A stretch of DNA of 63,376 bases, the filler included, from Stramenopiles sp. TOSAG23-2 (lineage: Eukaryota), in NCBI GenBank assembly GCA_900128395.1. It is 13 parts of 13 records of this genome, joined end to end, with 100 filler letters (N's around TTAATTAATTAA, not from the genome) between each part and the next. Parts side by side here need not be neighbours in the genome. Positions count along the whole stretch, not along the records: positions 33,172 to 38,587 come from LT650673.1; positions 38,688 to 44,101 come from LT650674.1; positions 44,202 to 49,612 come from LT650675.1; 10 more parts are not named here. One strand, written 5' to 3'. Position numbers and translations under genes: made by a program. This document shows positions 33,173-44,542 of the stretch, one piece after another; position 1 is the first letter of the stretch; the number at the start of each line of letters is the position of its first letter. The notes beneath the pieces are model-generated. The model saw only the letters and a program-made list of their open reading frames with translations. It was not told the DNA's origin and did not search any database.

Positions 33173-36100
33173 GCGTCTATTAAAATTTCATCATTTGTAC
33201 GAGGTTACTTATCACGTACGAAAACAAAAGTTTTAAAAGAATATGTGAAAGAAAATCGTGCAGTGAAAACTATTACAACTTTCATCCGTAGGTACAATGC
33301 AATGACAAAAGCGAAAAAAATATTAAATAAGAAACGAAATGATCAAATTTTACAAAGTGAACTTCAGCGTTCACAAAAGGCATCAACATTAATCTGTGCA
33401 AATATCCGTGGATATTTACAACGCAAAGATGTCAAATTGGGTATTAAAATTCAAGCAGCTACCAAAATAGGAAAAACTATGCGTATGTATTTAGCAAAAT
33501 CTCGATATGAAATATTAAAACGTGAACGTACCTTACGTAGAAAATTTGATGAAAATTGTGCAGCTACAAGAATTAATTCATTAGTACGTGGCTTTATAAC
33601 CCGCCAACGTTTGATGAAAGACTATGTTGAGCCATCTTCACCAGTAGCAACAAAATTGTTGCAACGGAAACATTTAAAGGAGATAGAATTATCAAAAATG
33701 ATTTCAGTAAATGTAAATGACGAGGAAGATAGCAATATGGTTTTGAATAAAAATGAATCGTCTCCATATGCATCGAGATTGCTTCGGCGTAAGATTCAAT
33801 TTCAAGATCTACCATCTTTTCGTTTAGACGATGTCAGTTTAAATGCCTCATCATTGGATGAAAACGAATCCTCTCCAATTGCATCTAGATTGTTGAGACG
33901 TAAACATCAAGTACAAGAATATTTTGTTAATGATACTGCTAGTACTATGGAAAATGGTGCAAAATTTGATTTGAATGAAAACGAATCCTCTCCAATTGCA
34001 TCTAGATTGCAAAGACGTAAATTTGAGAAGGAAAATGGTAGTATGGAACCATTGAATGATTTTAATACGTTAAGAAATGAATCATCACCATATGCAGCAA
34101 GAATACAAAGACGTAAATTTCAAAGAGTTCGTGAAATTGACGAATCATTGGATAACTTTAAGTTGGATCCAGAACCACAAGAACAGGAAATGAATATCAA
34201 AACTGAACAGCAAATATATGCAAATGTTTCATCGCCACTTTCAACAGCATTGTTGAAGCGTAAACATGAAATTAATAAATTGAAATATACAGGTGAACAA
34301 GAAGTTTCAATAGAATCGAAAAATATACACACATCATCTCCTCATTCGACTGCATTATTGAATCGTAAACATGAGTTTTACAAGTCACAATATTCAATGA
34401 AAGAGGAAAAAGAGGAAGGACCAGAACAGGAAACTATTAGCAATTCATCGCCAAATGCAGCTGCATTATTGAAACGTAAGCATGAATTTAATAACATAAA
34501 ATATTCAATGAAAGAATTAGATTTAAACCAAGGTAGTGTCACGGAGGAAATAAATGTACCGGTAACTGAGGCCAATGTATCATCACCATACTCCACGTCG
34601 TTGCAAAATAGAAAATTCGAAAATTTTAAAATACGCAGTGAATCGAATAAAACTGTAGAGAAAGTGGAAGATTCTTCGCCTTATGGAACAAGTTTACTTG
34701 AACAAAAATATAAGCAAGAGGATGTAAGGTCGGGCAATAGTAGTAGTAGTAGTAGCAGTAGTAATAATAACAAAAGTTTACTTGAGCAAATGCGTAGACA
34801 GACTGAACTTAATGAAAATAACAATGTACAAATTAATGAGGTAGAACCAAACAAAGTAATAACACCAATTGCAAAATTTGAAATTAACAAATTCAATAAT
34901 CCATTAGGAAAGAGGCAACAAGATGCAAAGGTGGCGTTATCGCGTCGTCGTCGATTGATCATGCATCTTGATGCCACAAATGCAAATGATGCTGATGCAA
35001 AGCAATCATTGGTACGGCAATCAATAGCATTAACTCATGAAGAATTCAATAACCAAAAAGATATGAAAGCTAAATCGACAGTAGAAGACAATTCATTATA
35101 TTTAGAGTTGCAGAAACAACGACAATTATTGGAGGCAAAACGTAAAAATAAGAAGGCAAAAGGAAACCAAGAAAAAATAGCGCGCGGACGTGAAGTCTTA
35201 ATGAACATCTTTGGCAACACCGAGGGCAAAAATGACTGTACGAAACCATTTCAACCAACGTCGCTCGTGAATGAATCTAATGCACAAAATGTTACTGATA
35301 TAAATAATGTAGATACCGAAGTTAATGGCAATTCGAATTTGGATCAACAAGACCGAATGACTGCAATAGCAAGGGAAGAGAAGAATGCTTACAAAGAGGA
35401 CGAGGCACTGAAAGTAGAGCAGCAACAGCAACAAGAACAACAAGATCAAGCAGCCCCATTCTCATCTTCATTAGTAGAAGAGGATGATAGTTACAGACTA
35501 GCTGTCGGGGTAATGACATTTGACATGACACAACCAGATAACAAACCACGAAAGAAAATAACATCAAATGGACATATTAATAACAAGAAGAACAATGATC
35601 GTAGACATCAGGAAGTTATGACATTTGATATGCACGATGAATTTGATGGTATGGGACCAGAAGCCCGTAAATTAAAAATGGAGGATGCTCGTCGACGGAA
35701 ACTAGCCCGTCTTCGCCGCCGCACGGAGCAACATCGTCGTCGTCGTGAATTGCGTATGAAAGATCGTGAATTGAAGGCAAAACAACAGACGGAAAAAGAT
35801 GCCAGGATTAAAGATCTCCAATCGCATGATATGATGGGTATTGTTGGTTCGCATTGGAATGTTGAAGATGAAATAAAAGATACAGACAATCGTGCATATG
35901 AAGCATGGGAAAATGTGGAACGGGAAGTGATGTCTAAGCCAGAGGAGCAATTAATAGTTGATGGCACTTCGAACGGGTATCATGGCGAAAAGTTAGATGG
36001 ATTGATACCATTATCAGAAATTCAAGATGCTATCATTCATGATGTAATTCCAAATGAAAGAGGAAATTTTTCAAACAATTCACGAGGATTTAAAAGCAGA

Positions 36101-36832
36101 AGACATAATAAAAACAATGATGAAGAGCATCCAAGTTTACTAAGACAACCATCTGCCACTTTGCAACAACAACGACAAGCAGCACTAAAAGCCGCGTCTC
36201 ATGCAAAACCCGGCATTGGTGTATCGCAAAAAAGAGCTATGGTATCAACTGCACGACAATATGGGCCATCGCATGAGGAACAATATCATGGTGCAAATGA
36301 TACCAATGTTCGTCAAGCTTCGACAACAACAACTGCATCAGTTCCAACAAGGTCAAAAAATCGCCGTAGGAAGTTGAAAGGGCCATCTAACCGAAAAAAA
36401 GTATGCTTGGCATTGAAAAATGTCTGTTTAGCAGGCGCGCATTTATTTGACGAACATTCAGATGCAAGAAATTCTATTGGAGAATCATCTTCTGAAAATT
36501 TTTTGATATTAATGGGGAAGAAAGAAAAATTAACATATGGAGGGTTATATGCAATCAATCCAGCAACAAAAGATGCATGTTTGATTCATGGAGCTGGACC
36601 AGATATGCTTGAACAGCGCATGGTCTCTGGTTATTTTAAGTATAGCACTAGCACGCGTTCATTTACTGAAATTGGTGGGACGAAAACATTTACCGCTACA
36701 ACTGATGCAATTACATTGAAACCAGAATTTTTAAAAAAACGTATACGTCGAAAAACACAAATGAACTTGGATTATAGGTCAAAAGTCATGGAAAACATGT
36801 CTAGAGGCAGGGGTATTTTCCAATTAAATTGA
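33173..36832 (+). CDS. CAMSAP/Patronin-like protein: IQ motifs, 10 SSP repeats, coiled coil, C-terminal CKK domain; 5'-partial
   Basis: SNRKKVCLALKNVCLAG..ENFLILM..GLY..GPDML..YFKYSTSTRSF matches the CKK pattern; about 5 IQ-like motifs at the N-terminus. Confidence 0.85.
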   Translation, partial: ASIKISSFVRGYLSRTKTKVLKEYVKENRAVKTITTFIRRYNAMTKAKKILNKKRNDQILQSELQRSQKASTLICANIRGYLQRKDVKLGIKIQAATKIGKTMRMYLAKSRYEILKRERTLRRKFDENCAATRINSLVRGFITRQRLMKDYVEPSSPVATKLLQRKHLKEIELSKMISVNVNDEEDSNMVLNKNESSPYASRLLRRKIQFQDLPSFRLDDVSLNASSLDENESSPIASRLLRRKHQVQEYFVNDTASTMENGAKFDLNENESSPIASRLQRRKFEKENGSMEPLNDFNTLRNESSPYAARIQRRKFQRVREIDESLDNFKLDPEPQEQEMNIKTEQQIYANVSSPLSTALLKRKHEINKLKYTGEQEVSIESKNIHTSSPHSTALLNRKHEFYKSQYSMKEEKEEGPEQETISNSSPNAAALLKRKHEFNNIKYSMKELDLNQGSVTEEINVPVTEANVSSPYSTSLQNRKFENFKIRSESNKTVEKVEDSSPYGTSLLEQKYKQEDVRSGNSSSSSSSSNNNKSLLEQMRRQTELNENNNVQINEVEPNKVITPIAKFEINKFNNPLGKRQQDAKVALSRRRRLIMHLDATNANDADAKQSLVRQSIALTHEEFNNQKDMKAKSTVEDNSLYLELQKQRQLLEAKRKNKKAKGNQEKIARGREVLMNIFGNTEGKNDCTKPFQPTSLVNESNAQNVTDINNVDTEVNGNSNLDQQDRMTAIAREEKNAYKEDEALKVEQQQQQEQQDQAAPFSSSLVEEDDSYRLAVGVMTFDMTQPDNKPRKKITSNGHINNKKNNDRRHQEVMTFDMHDEFDGMGPEARKLKMEDARRRKLARLRRRTEQHRRRRELRMKDRELKAKQQTEKDARIKDLQSHDMMGIVGSHWNVEDEIKDTDNRAYEAWENVEREVMSKPEEQLIVDGTSNGYHGEKLDGLIPLSEIQDAIIHDVIPNERGNFSNNSRGFKSRRHNKNNDEEHPSLLRQPSATLQQQRQAALKAASHAKPGIGVSQKRAMVSTARQYGPSHEEQYHGANDTNVRQASTTTTASVPTRSKNRRRKLKGPSNRKKVCLALKNVCLAGAHLFDEHSDARNSIGESSSENFLILMGKKEKLTYGGLYAINPATKDACLIHGAGPDMLEQRMVSGYFKYSTSTRSFTEIGGTKTFTATTDAITLKPEFLKKRIRRKTQMNLDYRSKVMENMSRGRGIFQLN

Positions 36833-37339
36833 ATACGTTGTGTATTTGTGAAAATGTTTATATATATTTAAATATTGGGGGGCGTTGCAGAAGGAGAGAG
36901 AGGGGGCTAGCCAGCTAAATTAGTAAAAATTTGTAATCTTTTATATATATTTATATTATATTTTTATATAGAGATTCGAAATAGATGTTTTATATACTCG
37001 TATGTATTTTTGCAACTTCTATATTGATAAAATGCCTGTTACTATCATAATTTATTTTATTATCCACATAGACGACTATCATCTTCCGCTGCTATTTCTT
37101 CAATTTATTACAAATTATAGTGCTATTGACCTTCTATTTTAAATGATTGAAAAAAATAAATGAAGAAGGAGTGACGACATATGCACATATTAGCAACATT
37201 ATGTCATTCTGGTAGAAATATAATAATAATAATAATAAGTAATATATATATAAATATTCTCTGCACGTACACATAGATTACAATATAGAAACAATCACTA
37301 CCATTATCATAATTATAAAAATAATTTACAATATATAAT

Positions 37340-38185
37340 ATGAGTAAAACATTATCGGAACGGTATTCAGATGCTGTGGCAAGAATACATGCTAGGAGAC
37401 GTTTGAAAATATCAACCACAACAAACAATAATTTAAATTATATATTGAAACATAATAGTAATATCACGAGTGATAATGTCGATAATAATAATAAGAAAAA
37501 AAAGAACGGCGAGATAACAAATAATAATAAAGAAGATCAAGCCTTCAAAATCGTTGCATTTGAAATTGGTATGGGTAATATTTCAGAAAATCCACAACCA
37601 TCTAAGTACAATGATAAAGACAATAACAATAAAACAAGTCCTGTCATTAAATCACCATTAGAATTCCCAAATAATAATAATATTAATAATATAATACATA
37701 ACGATGGAGATATAGAGTTAGCAAATACTATAAGACAGCATCAAGAATTATTGTCATTGATTACATCTGGAAGTGAAATGTTAGTAAAGGTTTCGCCACT
37801 GAATGAAGAGGAGGACGTGGACAATGATAATAATGGAAGCAAAGAGAGTTTAAAGATCAACCAATTGTTACAAAATACGGCTGTTCGAGCTTCTGTTTAT
37901 TGCACACCTGATTTAAGAACATTAGTATGGGAAAAAATAGAAATTCCAGGTGTTAATTCAATCCCAATTTCTGAAATAGCTGCTATAGTATGTATATATG
38001 CAAATGATTTAGACAATACATTTTTGCCAAAGGAAGCACCTATATTACGTGTAATGATTCGAGGTGAAAGTAATGCATATGATTTTGTATGCAGCGATAT
38101 TGATGTAAGATTAGCATGGGCACGAGGATTAAGTTTAGCATATGGTATGCAGACTTGTCCGATCCTCTCTGAAAGTCTTCGATGA
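37340..38185 (+). CDS. Protein with C-terminal PH-like domain
   Basis: DLRTLVW..IPISEI..YDFVC..WARGL resembles PLC/Mcp5-type PH domains. Confidence 0.7.
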   Translation: MSKTLSERYSDAVARIHARRRLKISTTTNNNLNYILKHNSNITSDNVDNNNKKKKNGEITNNNKEDQAFKIVAFEIGMGNISENPQPSKYNDKDNNNKTSPVIKSPLEFPNNNNINNIIHNDGDIELANTIRQHQELLSLITSGSEMLVKVSPLNEEEDVDNDNNGSKESLKINQLLQNTAVRASVYCTPDLRTLVWEKIEIPGVNSIPISEIAAIVCIYANDLDNTFLPKEAPILRVMIRGESNAYDFVCSDIDVRLAWARGLSLAYGMQTCPILSESLR

Positions 38186-39097
38186 AAAAATAAAAGAAGA
38201 ATAATATGAATATGATATAACATTTTTAAATATGACATATGATATATACGAGAAAGTATAATTATATAATATATATATGCAGAGGTGCACTAGAGCTTTT
38301 TACTATAGTAGGATACAATAAATTATTCTTGAGATTGAGTATTGAGCATGTTCCTTAGCACGACGGGAAGTAAAATTATTATTACGTTCGTATAACTTAG
38401 ATTTTAACCATCATTCAATATTTTATATATGATGAGTAAGAGAAAAACACATATATATATATTTCATCAACTGCTATGATACGAGTAATTGCTGGAAGGG
38501 AAACACCTGTATCATTAATACCAAAGATATTACCTTTTGTGGATGTCGATAATTCAAGGATTGAATACCATAGTGCAGCACTTACAGNNNNNNNNNNNNN
38601 NNNNNNNNNNNNNNNNNNNNNNNNNNNNNNNTTAATTAATTAANNNNNNNNNNNNNNNNNNNNNNNNNNNNNNNNNNNNNNNNNNNNTTTAACCCCCCCC
38701 CCCCCCGTATCTCTCGATGCAAATCTCCATGACATGAAATATCGATTTATTTATTCTAATTTTTCATATACAATTGTGAACATTGTAGTAACTACACAAA
38801 GAAAAAAGTATATATAGTACGCCAACATTTATCTGTTATTTTTTAGTATTATTATTATTTTTTTTTAATTCAGTAATTTCCTAATAAAATTATACTAATA
38901 AATTGGGAGAAAACAAGAGATCAAAAGTTAGTAAATAACAAGAAAGAACAAATATATTCAATACATATCTATATATATATATATATATTATCTATATACC
39001 ACACGATATATATTTAATATAATATAACAGCAAACATATTAATACAGAAACGAAAAAACAAAAACAAAACAATTTTTTTTTCAAACATACTCTCATC

Positions 39098-41694
39098 ATG
39101 TCGGAAGAACAACCAGTATTAACAAAAAAACAACGTGCAGCAGCATTATTAAAAGAAAGTCAAAAATCAGTTATGAAAGAAGCATTTTATATGAAACGTG
39201 CTATGGATCAAGAAGATATACGTTTAGCATTAAAACATGCCTCTCAAATGCTAGGTGAATTGCGCACTTCATTGCTTTCGCCAATGAATTATTATGAACT
39301 ATACATGAAGGTATGTGATGAATTGATGTATTAGGTGAATTGCGCACTTCATTGCTTTCGCCAATGAATTATTATGAACTATACATGAAGGTATGTGATG
39401 AATTGATGTATTTAGAAATGTTTTTTCGTGAACAAACGGAAAGTGGAAAAGAAGATATTGTTTCCTTATATCAACGAGTACAAAATTGTGGTAATGTATT
39501 ACCACGTTTATATTTGCTTTTCTGCGTTGGTGGTATCTACATCAAAAGCAAACAAAGTGTTTGTAAAGACATATTGAAAGATATGGTGGAAATGGGTAAA
39601 GGTGTACAACATCCAATGCGTGGTTTGTTTTTACGTAATTATTTATCAACCATATCCAAAGATAAATTACCAGATAAAGGTAGTGACTATGAAGCTGCGG
39701 AAGGTGGTAATACGGACGATGCCGTTGAATTTGTTTTGCAAAATTTTTGTGAAATGAATCGTTTATGGGTACGTATGCAATCACAAGGCAAAGTGAAGAA
39801 GAAAAAAAAACGTGAGAAAGAACGACAACAATTGAAATTGCTAGTTGGTACAAATTTAGTACGTCTATCCCATTTAGATGGCGTCACGAAAGAAGGATAT
39901 ACGAAAAATGTCTTGCCAAAAATCTTAGAAGAAGTGGTTAATTGCAAGGATCCAATTGCACAATTCTATTTAATGGATTGTATCATTCAAGTTTTCCCAG
40001 ATGAATTCCATTTAAATACCTTGGAAGCATTTTTAACGGCATGTACGGAGTTAACGGATCAAGTTGATGTAAAATCAATTTTAATACGTTTAATGGATCG
40101 TATTGCCAGTTACGTATCGGGTGGCAGTGGCAAAATACCTGAAGATGCGTTTAAAATGTTCAACAAATATGTTGCAACGATTTTACAAAGTCATCAAGCA
40201 ACGATGGAAGTGAATGATATTTTGGAATTGGAAATTGCATTGTTGAATTTCAGCAATAGTTGCTATCCAAATCGATTGGATTACATTGATCATATCCTTG
40301 GATTCAGTGCGCAAGTGTTAGGGCGTCTAGTTGGTGCTGGGAGCAAAGTTCCACCGGAAAGTGAAGATTTGGTGCAAAAATTATTAACGACACCATTAGA
40401 AACCTTGGCATTGAAAGTGTTGAAGTTGGAAAATTTCCCACCATTAATGGCAACTTTGCGTTACGTACCACGAAAAAGTGTTGCAATGCAATTGTTACGC
40501 TCAGTAGTGGATGTAGCTGGATCGCAAGTGGATTCCGTGAAAATGTGTGAACAATTATTAACGTTTATCTCACCGTTGATACGAGATGAAGATGATACGC
40601 CACAAAATACTAGCAATGGTGAAAGTGGTGGTGATAAAAGCGATGGTAATAATAATAACAATGCCGATGAATTTACCATGGAACAACGTTTAGTCAGTCG
40701 TTTAATTGCATTGATTGAACATCCAGATACAGACGTTGTGTTTAATATTTATAATTTAGCCAGAAAAGCATTTAGAAAAGGTGGTTTAAAACGAATTCGC
40801 TTTACCTTGGTGCCATTATCGTTTGGATATTTTCGTTTAGCACGTAGAATTCGACAGCGTGAACTTGCAGCTGCAAATGATAATAAGAAAAAAGAAGGAG
40901 ACGCTGATGATAGTGAAAATCCGGAAGATAATGATGATGATGATGACATGCCAAAAGCACCAGCATCAAAAGTAACTGCACCACAATTTGGAACGAAAAA
41001 AGTATATCGTGATGTTCATGGAATCATCACAGCATTAGCAGGTGTAGATGAATACCAAAGCCTTGCATTGTCCATGTTTTTAGAAGCATGTAGAAGTGCA
41101 TCTGAAAGTGGATATGAATCTATTGCATATGAATTCGTTACCAGAGCATTTGCATTGTATGAAGATACGGCAGATTCGAAAGCACAAGTAACTGCATTGA
41201 TGCAAATTATCGGAACGTTGCAAATGACCACCGTATTTAATGAAGAGGAATACGATACATTAATTACAAATACAACTAAATATGCTGCAAAATTGTTAAA
41301 GAAAACGGATCAATGCAGAATGGTGGCACAATGTGCACATTTGTTCTGGACGGGACGTGGACCAAATGGCGAAGCGCCACGTAAAGCAGATGAATCCCAT
41401 GTAATCGAAGTTTTAAAACGCAGTGTAAAAATTGCGGATGGTATCATGGATCCAATTGCAAATGTTGAATTATTCATTGATATTTTAAATGAATATTTAT
41501 ATTATTACACACAAGAATGTGGCAAAGTGGAAGTGAAATATATTAAAGGATTGTTAAATTTAATAAAAGAACATATGGATGGTTTAGATGAAGCTGGAAA
41601 TTCGAAAGTAAAATTTGATAATACCGTGAAATATATTAAAATGAGAGCAAAAGATGACGAAGATACACGTTTCAAAGCGATTATTGGGAAGTAA
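39098..41694 (+). CDS. VPS35: Retromer subunit VPS35
   Basis: ELRTSLLSPMNYYELY, PRLYL, GVQHPMRGLFLRNYL. The two ORFs join after removing an 80-bp duplication (39252-39411); a further 115-bp duplication (41604-41833) lies at the 3' end. Confidence 0.97.
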
Positions 41695-42295
41695 ATTGTT
41701 GTTGTTGTTTAATATCGTGAAAGTAAAATTTGATAATACCGTGAAATATATTAAAATGAGAGCAAAAGATGACGAAGATACACGTTTCAAAGCGATTATT
41801 GGGAAGTAAATTGTTGTTGTTGTTTAATATCGTGTGGTGCATTGTGTAGGGATGTGTTGTGTGCAAAAAGTATACTAATGGTAGAAGGAACAAAAAGCGT
41901 TTTATCTAGATTATTAATATATGAAAGTTGTGGATGGCAAGCGTAAGAGAAGAGAAAGAAAGAAAGAAAGAGAAGAGAGAGAAAGTAAAAAAAAAGTTTT
42001 TTTAAATATTAAATTAAAAAATCAAAAAAAATATATATTTTTTTTTATGACATATCATCTTTGCCTGCCAGGCCTGGTTTAGGTTTGCACCTCTTTTTTC
42101 TCAAACAAAAAAAAGCGACCAAAAAAAAAAACACAGTGCTGGAGTGGTGTGGTGGTGGTGTCAATCACTTTTTTCTATCTTCTACTACTATTGAAATATA
42201 TACTAAGAGGTATAAAGAAATATATATATGTATAACACATCATTTTAAAAACAAGCAAAAACAACTATATATATACTAAAAAATAAGAAACAGAA

Positions 42296-43072
42296 ATGGA
42301 TAATACCACTATGGAAGAAGTTACGTGTAATATATACGATGTATGTAACATATTTCCAATGTTTCAATGTATTGTATCCTATTTAAAAACACATGATGTA
42401 TTAAATTTAATTGAATCTTCTTTTTTGAAGCAATTAAAATTGCAAAATGGTGATAGCAATGTATATGATGAGTATATGGAGAGACTTATACGTGGGCCAC
42501 AGCAATTGTTGGCATTGTATCGTAGGTATAGGCAAGAGTTTCCACGTAGTACACCTATTGTATGTGCATGTCAACACGGACGTATGGATGATGTAGAATT
42601 ATTTATGAATCTTCATCCTTTTCACAAGTATATTACTAATCGTTATGTGAATGGCTACAGAGATGATATGACATTGAAAGATATGGTGAGTCAATTCGGT
42701 AGAACTAGTGATGGTTATGAATATACACCTTTAATGATAGCTGCAGGATACGAACATTTCCAACTAGTTAAATATTTAATTGAACAAGGTGAAGCTGATC
42801 CTAACATTGCAAATAGTGATGGAGTGAATGCATTACATTTGGCAGCAGGTACTAACAGAACGAATACTGAGTTGATTGAATTGTTATTAACTCATATGTC
42901 TCTTAATAGCATTAATAAGAAGACCTGTGCGGGATTCACTCCCCTGGACTGTGCATATAATAATAATCATACCTGGCATAGTCCAATTTGCCAAGAGATC
43001 ATTGCACTTTTACATTCAAAAGGTGGAAAAGCAAATTGTTATGATGAAAATGGTACATTTGTAGGATGGTAA
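42296..43072 (+). CDS. Ankyrin-repeat protein with possible F-box-like N-terminus
   Basis: TPIVCAC, TPLMIAA, NALHLAA, TPLDCA repeats. Confidence 0.9.
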   Translation: MDNTTMEEVTCNIYDVCNIFPMFQCIVSYLKTHDVLNLIESSFLKQLKLQNGDSNVYDEYMERLIRGPQQLLALYRRYRQEFPRSTPIVCACQHGRMDDVELFMNLHPFHKYITNRYVNGYRDDMTLKDMVSQFGRTSDGYEYTPLMIAAGYEHFQLVKYLIEQGEADPNIANSDGVNALHLAAGTNRTNTELIELLLTHMSLNSINKKTCAGFTPLDCAYNNNHTWHSPICQEIIALLHSKGGKANCYDENGTFVGW

Positions 43073-43265
43073 TGGTGATTTAAATCATTAAAAGTGTAAA
43101 AATCATTACACGGTATATCTACCAAGTTCCTCAGATTAACAAAAAGAAGAGGATGAAGGACGAGTTGCATTTTAACTTTTTATAATAATACACCAGTATA
43201 CAGTGGTAAAAAATTAAAATTTGTACCCCCCATATTTAATTTTAAATGCACATTGATTCTTGTTC

Positions 43266-43266
43266 A

Positions 43267-43330
<64 letters not shown>
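43266..43330. repeat. Compound (CT)n/(GT)n microsatellite
   Basis: Directly visible. Confidence 0.9.
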
Positions 43331-43332
<2 letters not shown>

Positions 43333-43338
43333 AAATCT

Positions 43339-44101
43339 TTACAATTCACCTTTCTTACTCTTCAATACGGATGTAGTAACTGCCCTTTTCCTACCACCAC
43401 CACTACGTGGTGTAGAACCTTTCAAACGAGACAATGGATTTGCACTTACTAATGAATTTAATAATGCGCCACGATTTCCACCGATCAATTCCTCTTGTTC
43501 TTCAAACATTGCTAAGGTATTCTTTTTTTTTCCATCAACACCACTTTTATTATTATGTTTCCTTGCTTTTTCTCTCCATCGTTTTGCTACTTTTTTTGCA
43601 TTTTCATTCATTCGAAGTAATCGAACAACGGATTGTTTTAAATTTGTAGTAAATTGTGCTAATATACTAGATACTTTTGGTATCGGCATATCCCTTGGAT
43701 CTTCCCCCCAATACCCTGCTAACTCCGTCGCTTTCTGCGTCAACAAATCATTCTTTTTTCGCAATAATAATGATTTATTTTGTCCATTACTAGCAAATGT
43801 TTGTAAAATATTTGTATCGGCATCATCTGCACCTGTATCACCACCACCTAGCATAACATGAGATTTAAATAAACCTTGTGACAATAAGCTATTGTATTTT
43901 TTCGTCTGTTGAAATATTTTCAATACTGCATTTTGAAGTTCTCGTTGTGATTCTTCCCTTGCTTTCATTAAAATCTTTAAATCGGTATCCACCCATGCAA
44001 ATGGATTGTGTGTTTCCCTCTCCTCACTTGCATCTCCTGCTTCTTCGCTAAGCGTTTTTTTAAATATCATAGCAACAACAACATCTAATACCGTCGTCTT
44101 T
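43339..44101 (-). CDS. Formin C-terminus (end of FH2 plus DAD-like motif); 5'-partial
   Basis: LAGYWGEDP..SILAQFTTNL; GALLNSLVS followed by a basic tail. Confidence 0.7.
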
Positions 44102-44542
44102 NNNNNNNNNNNNNNNNNNNNNNNNNNNNNNNNNNNNNNNNNNNNTTAATTAATTAANNNNNNNNNNNNNNNNNNNNNNNNNNNNNNNNNNNNNNNNNNN
44201 NTATTTTCAATGTTTTTCCTTTGTTTTCTTGTAATGAAATGAAAAATCCATCATCAAAACAATGAAATAGTAAAATTTAGGTTGAAAATGATGATTTTAA
44301 TGAAATTTGATGAAAAATATGCGCAATCCTATTGTTATTACTGTTGTTATACATGTACATATAATTGTAAACACGCATGTATTGATACAATATTATTTGG
44401 ATCATTACCTACTTTTAAATTTTTAAAAAATATATTTAAATACACACTCACACGTACATACGCACACCTTATTTTCTTGTAAAACTGCACACACACACAC
44501 ATGTATACATATACATCATATCATATAAATGCCATAAAAATT

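Noticed and set aside
38476..38587. Possible coding fragment at the end of contig 7
   Set aside because: Both strands have short open frames; strand and product cannot be decided.
39098..39420. Programmed frameshift or split VPS35
   Set aside because: Fully explained by the exact 80-bp duplication.
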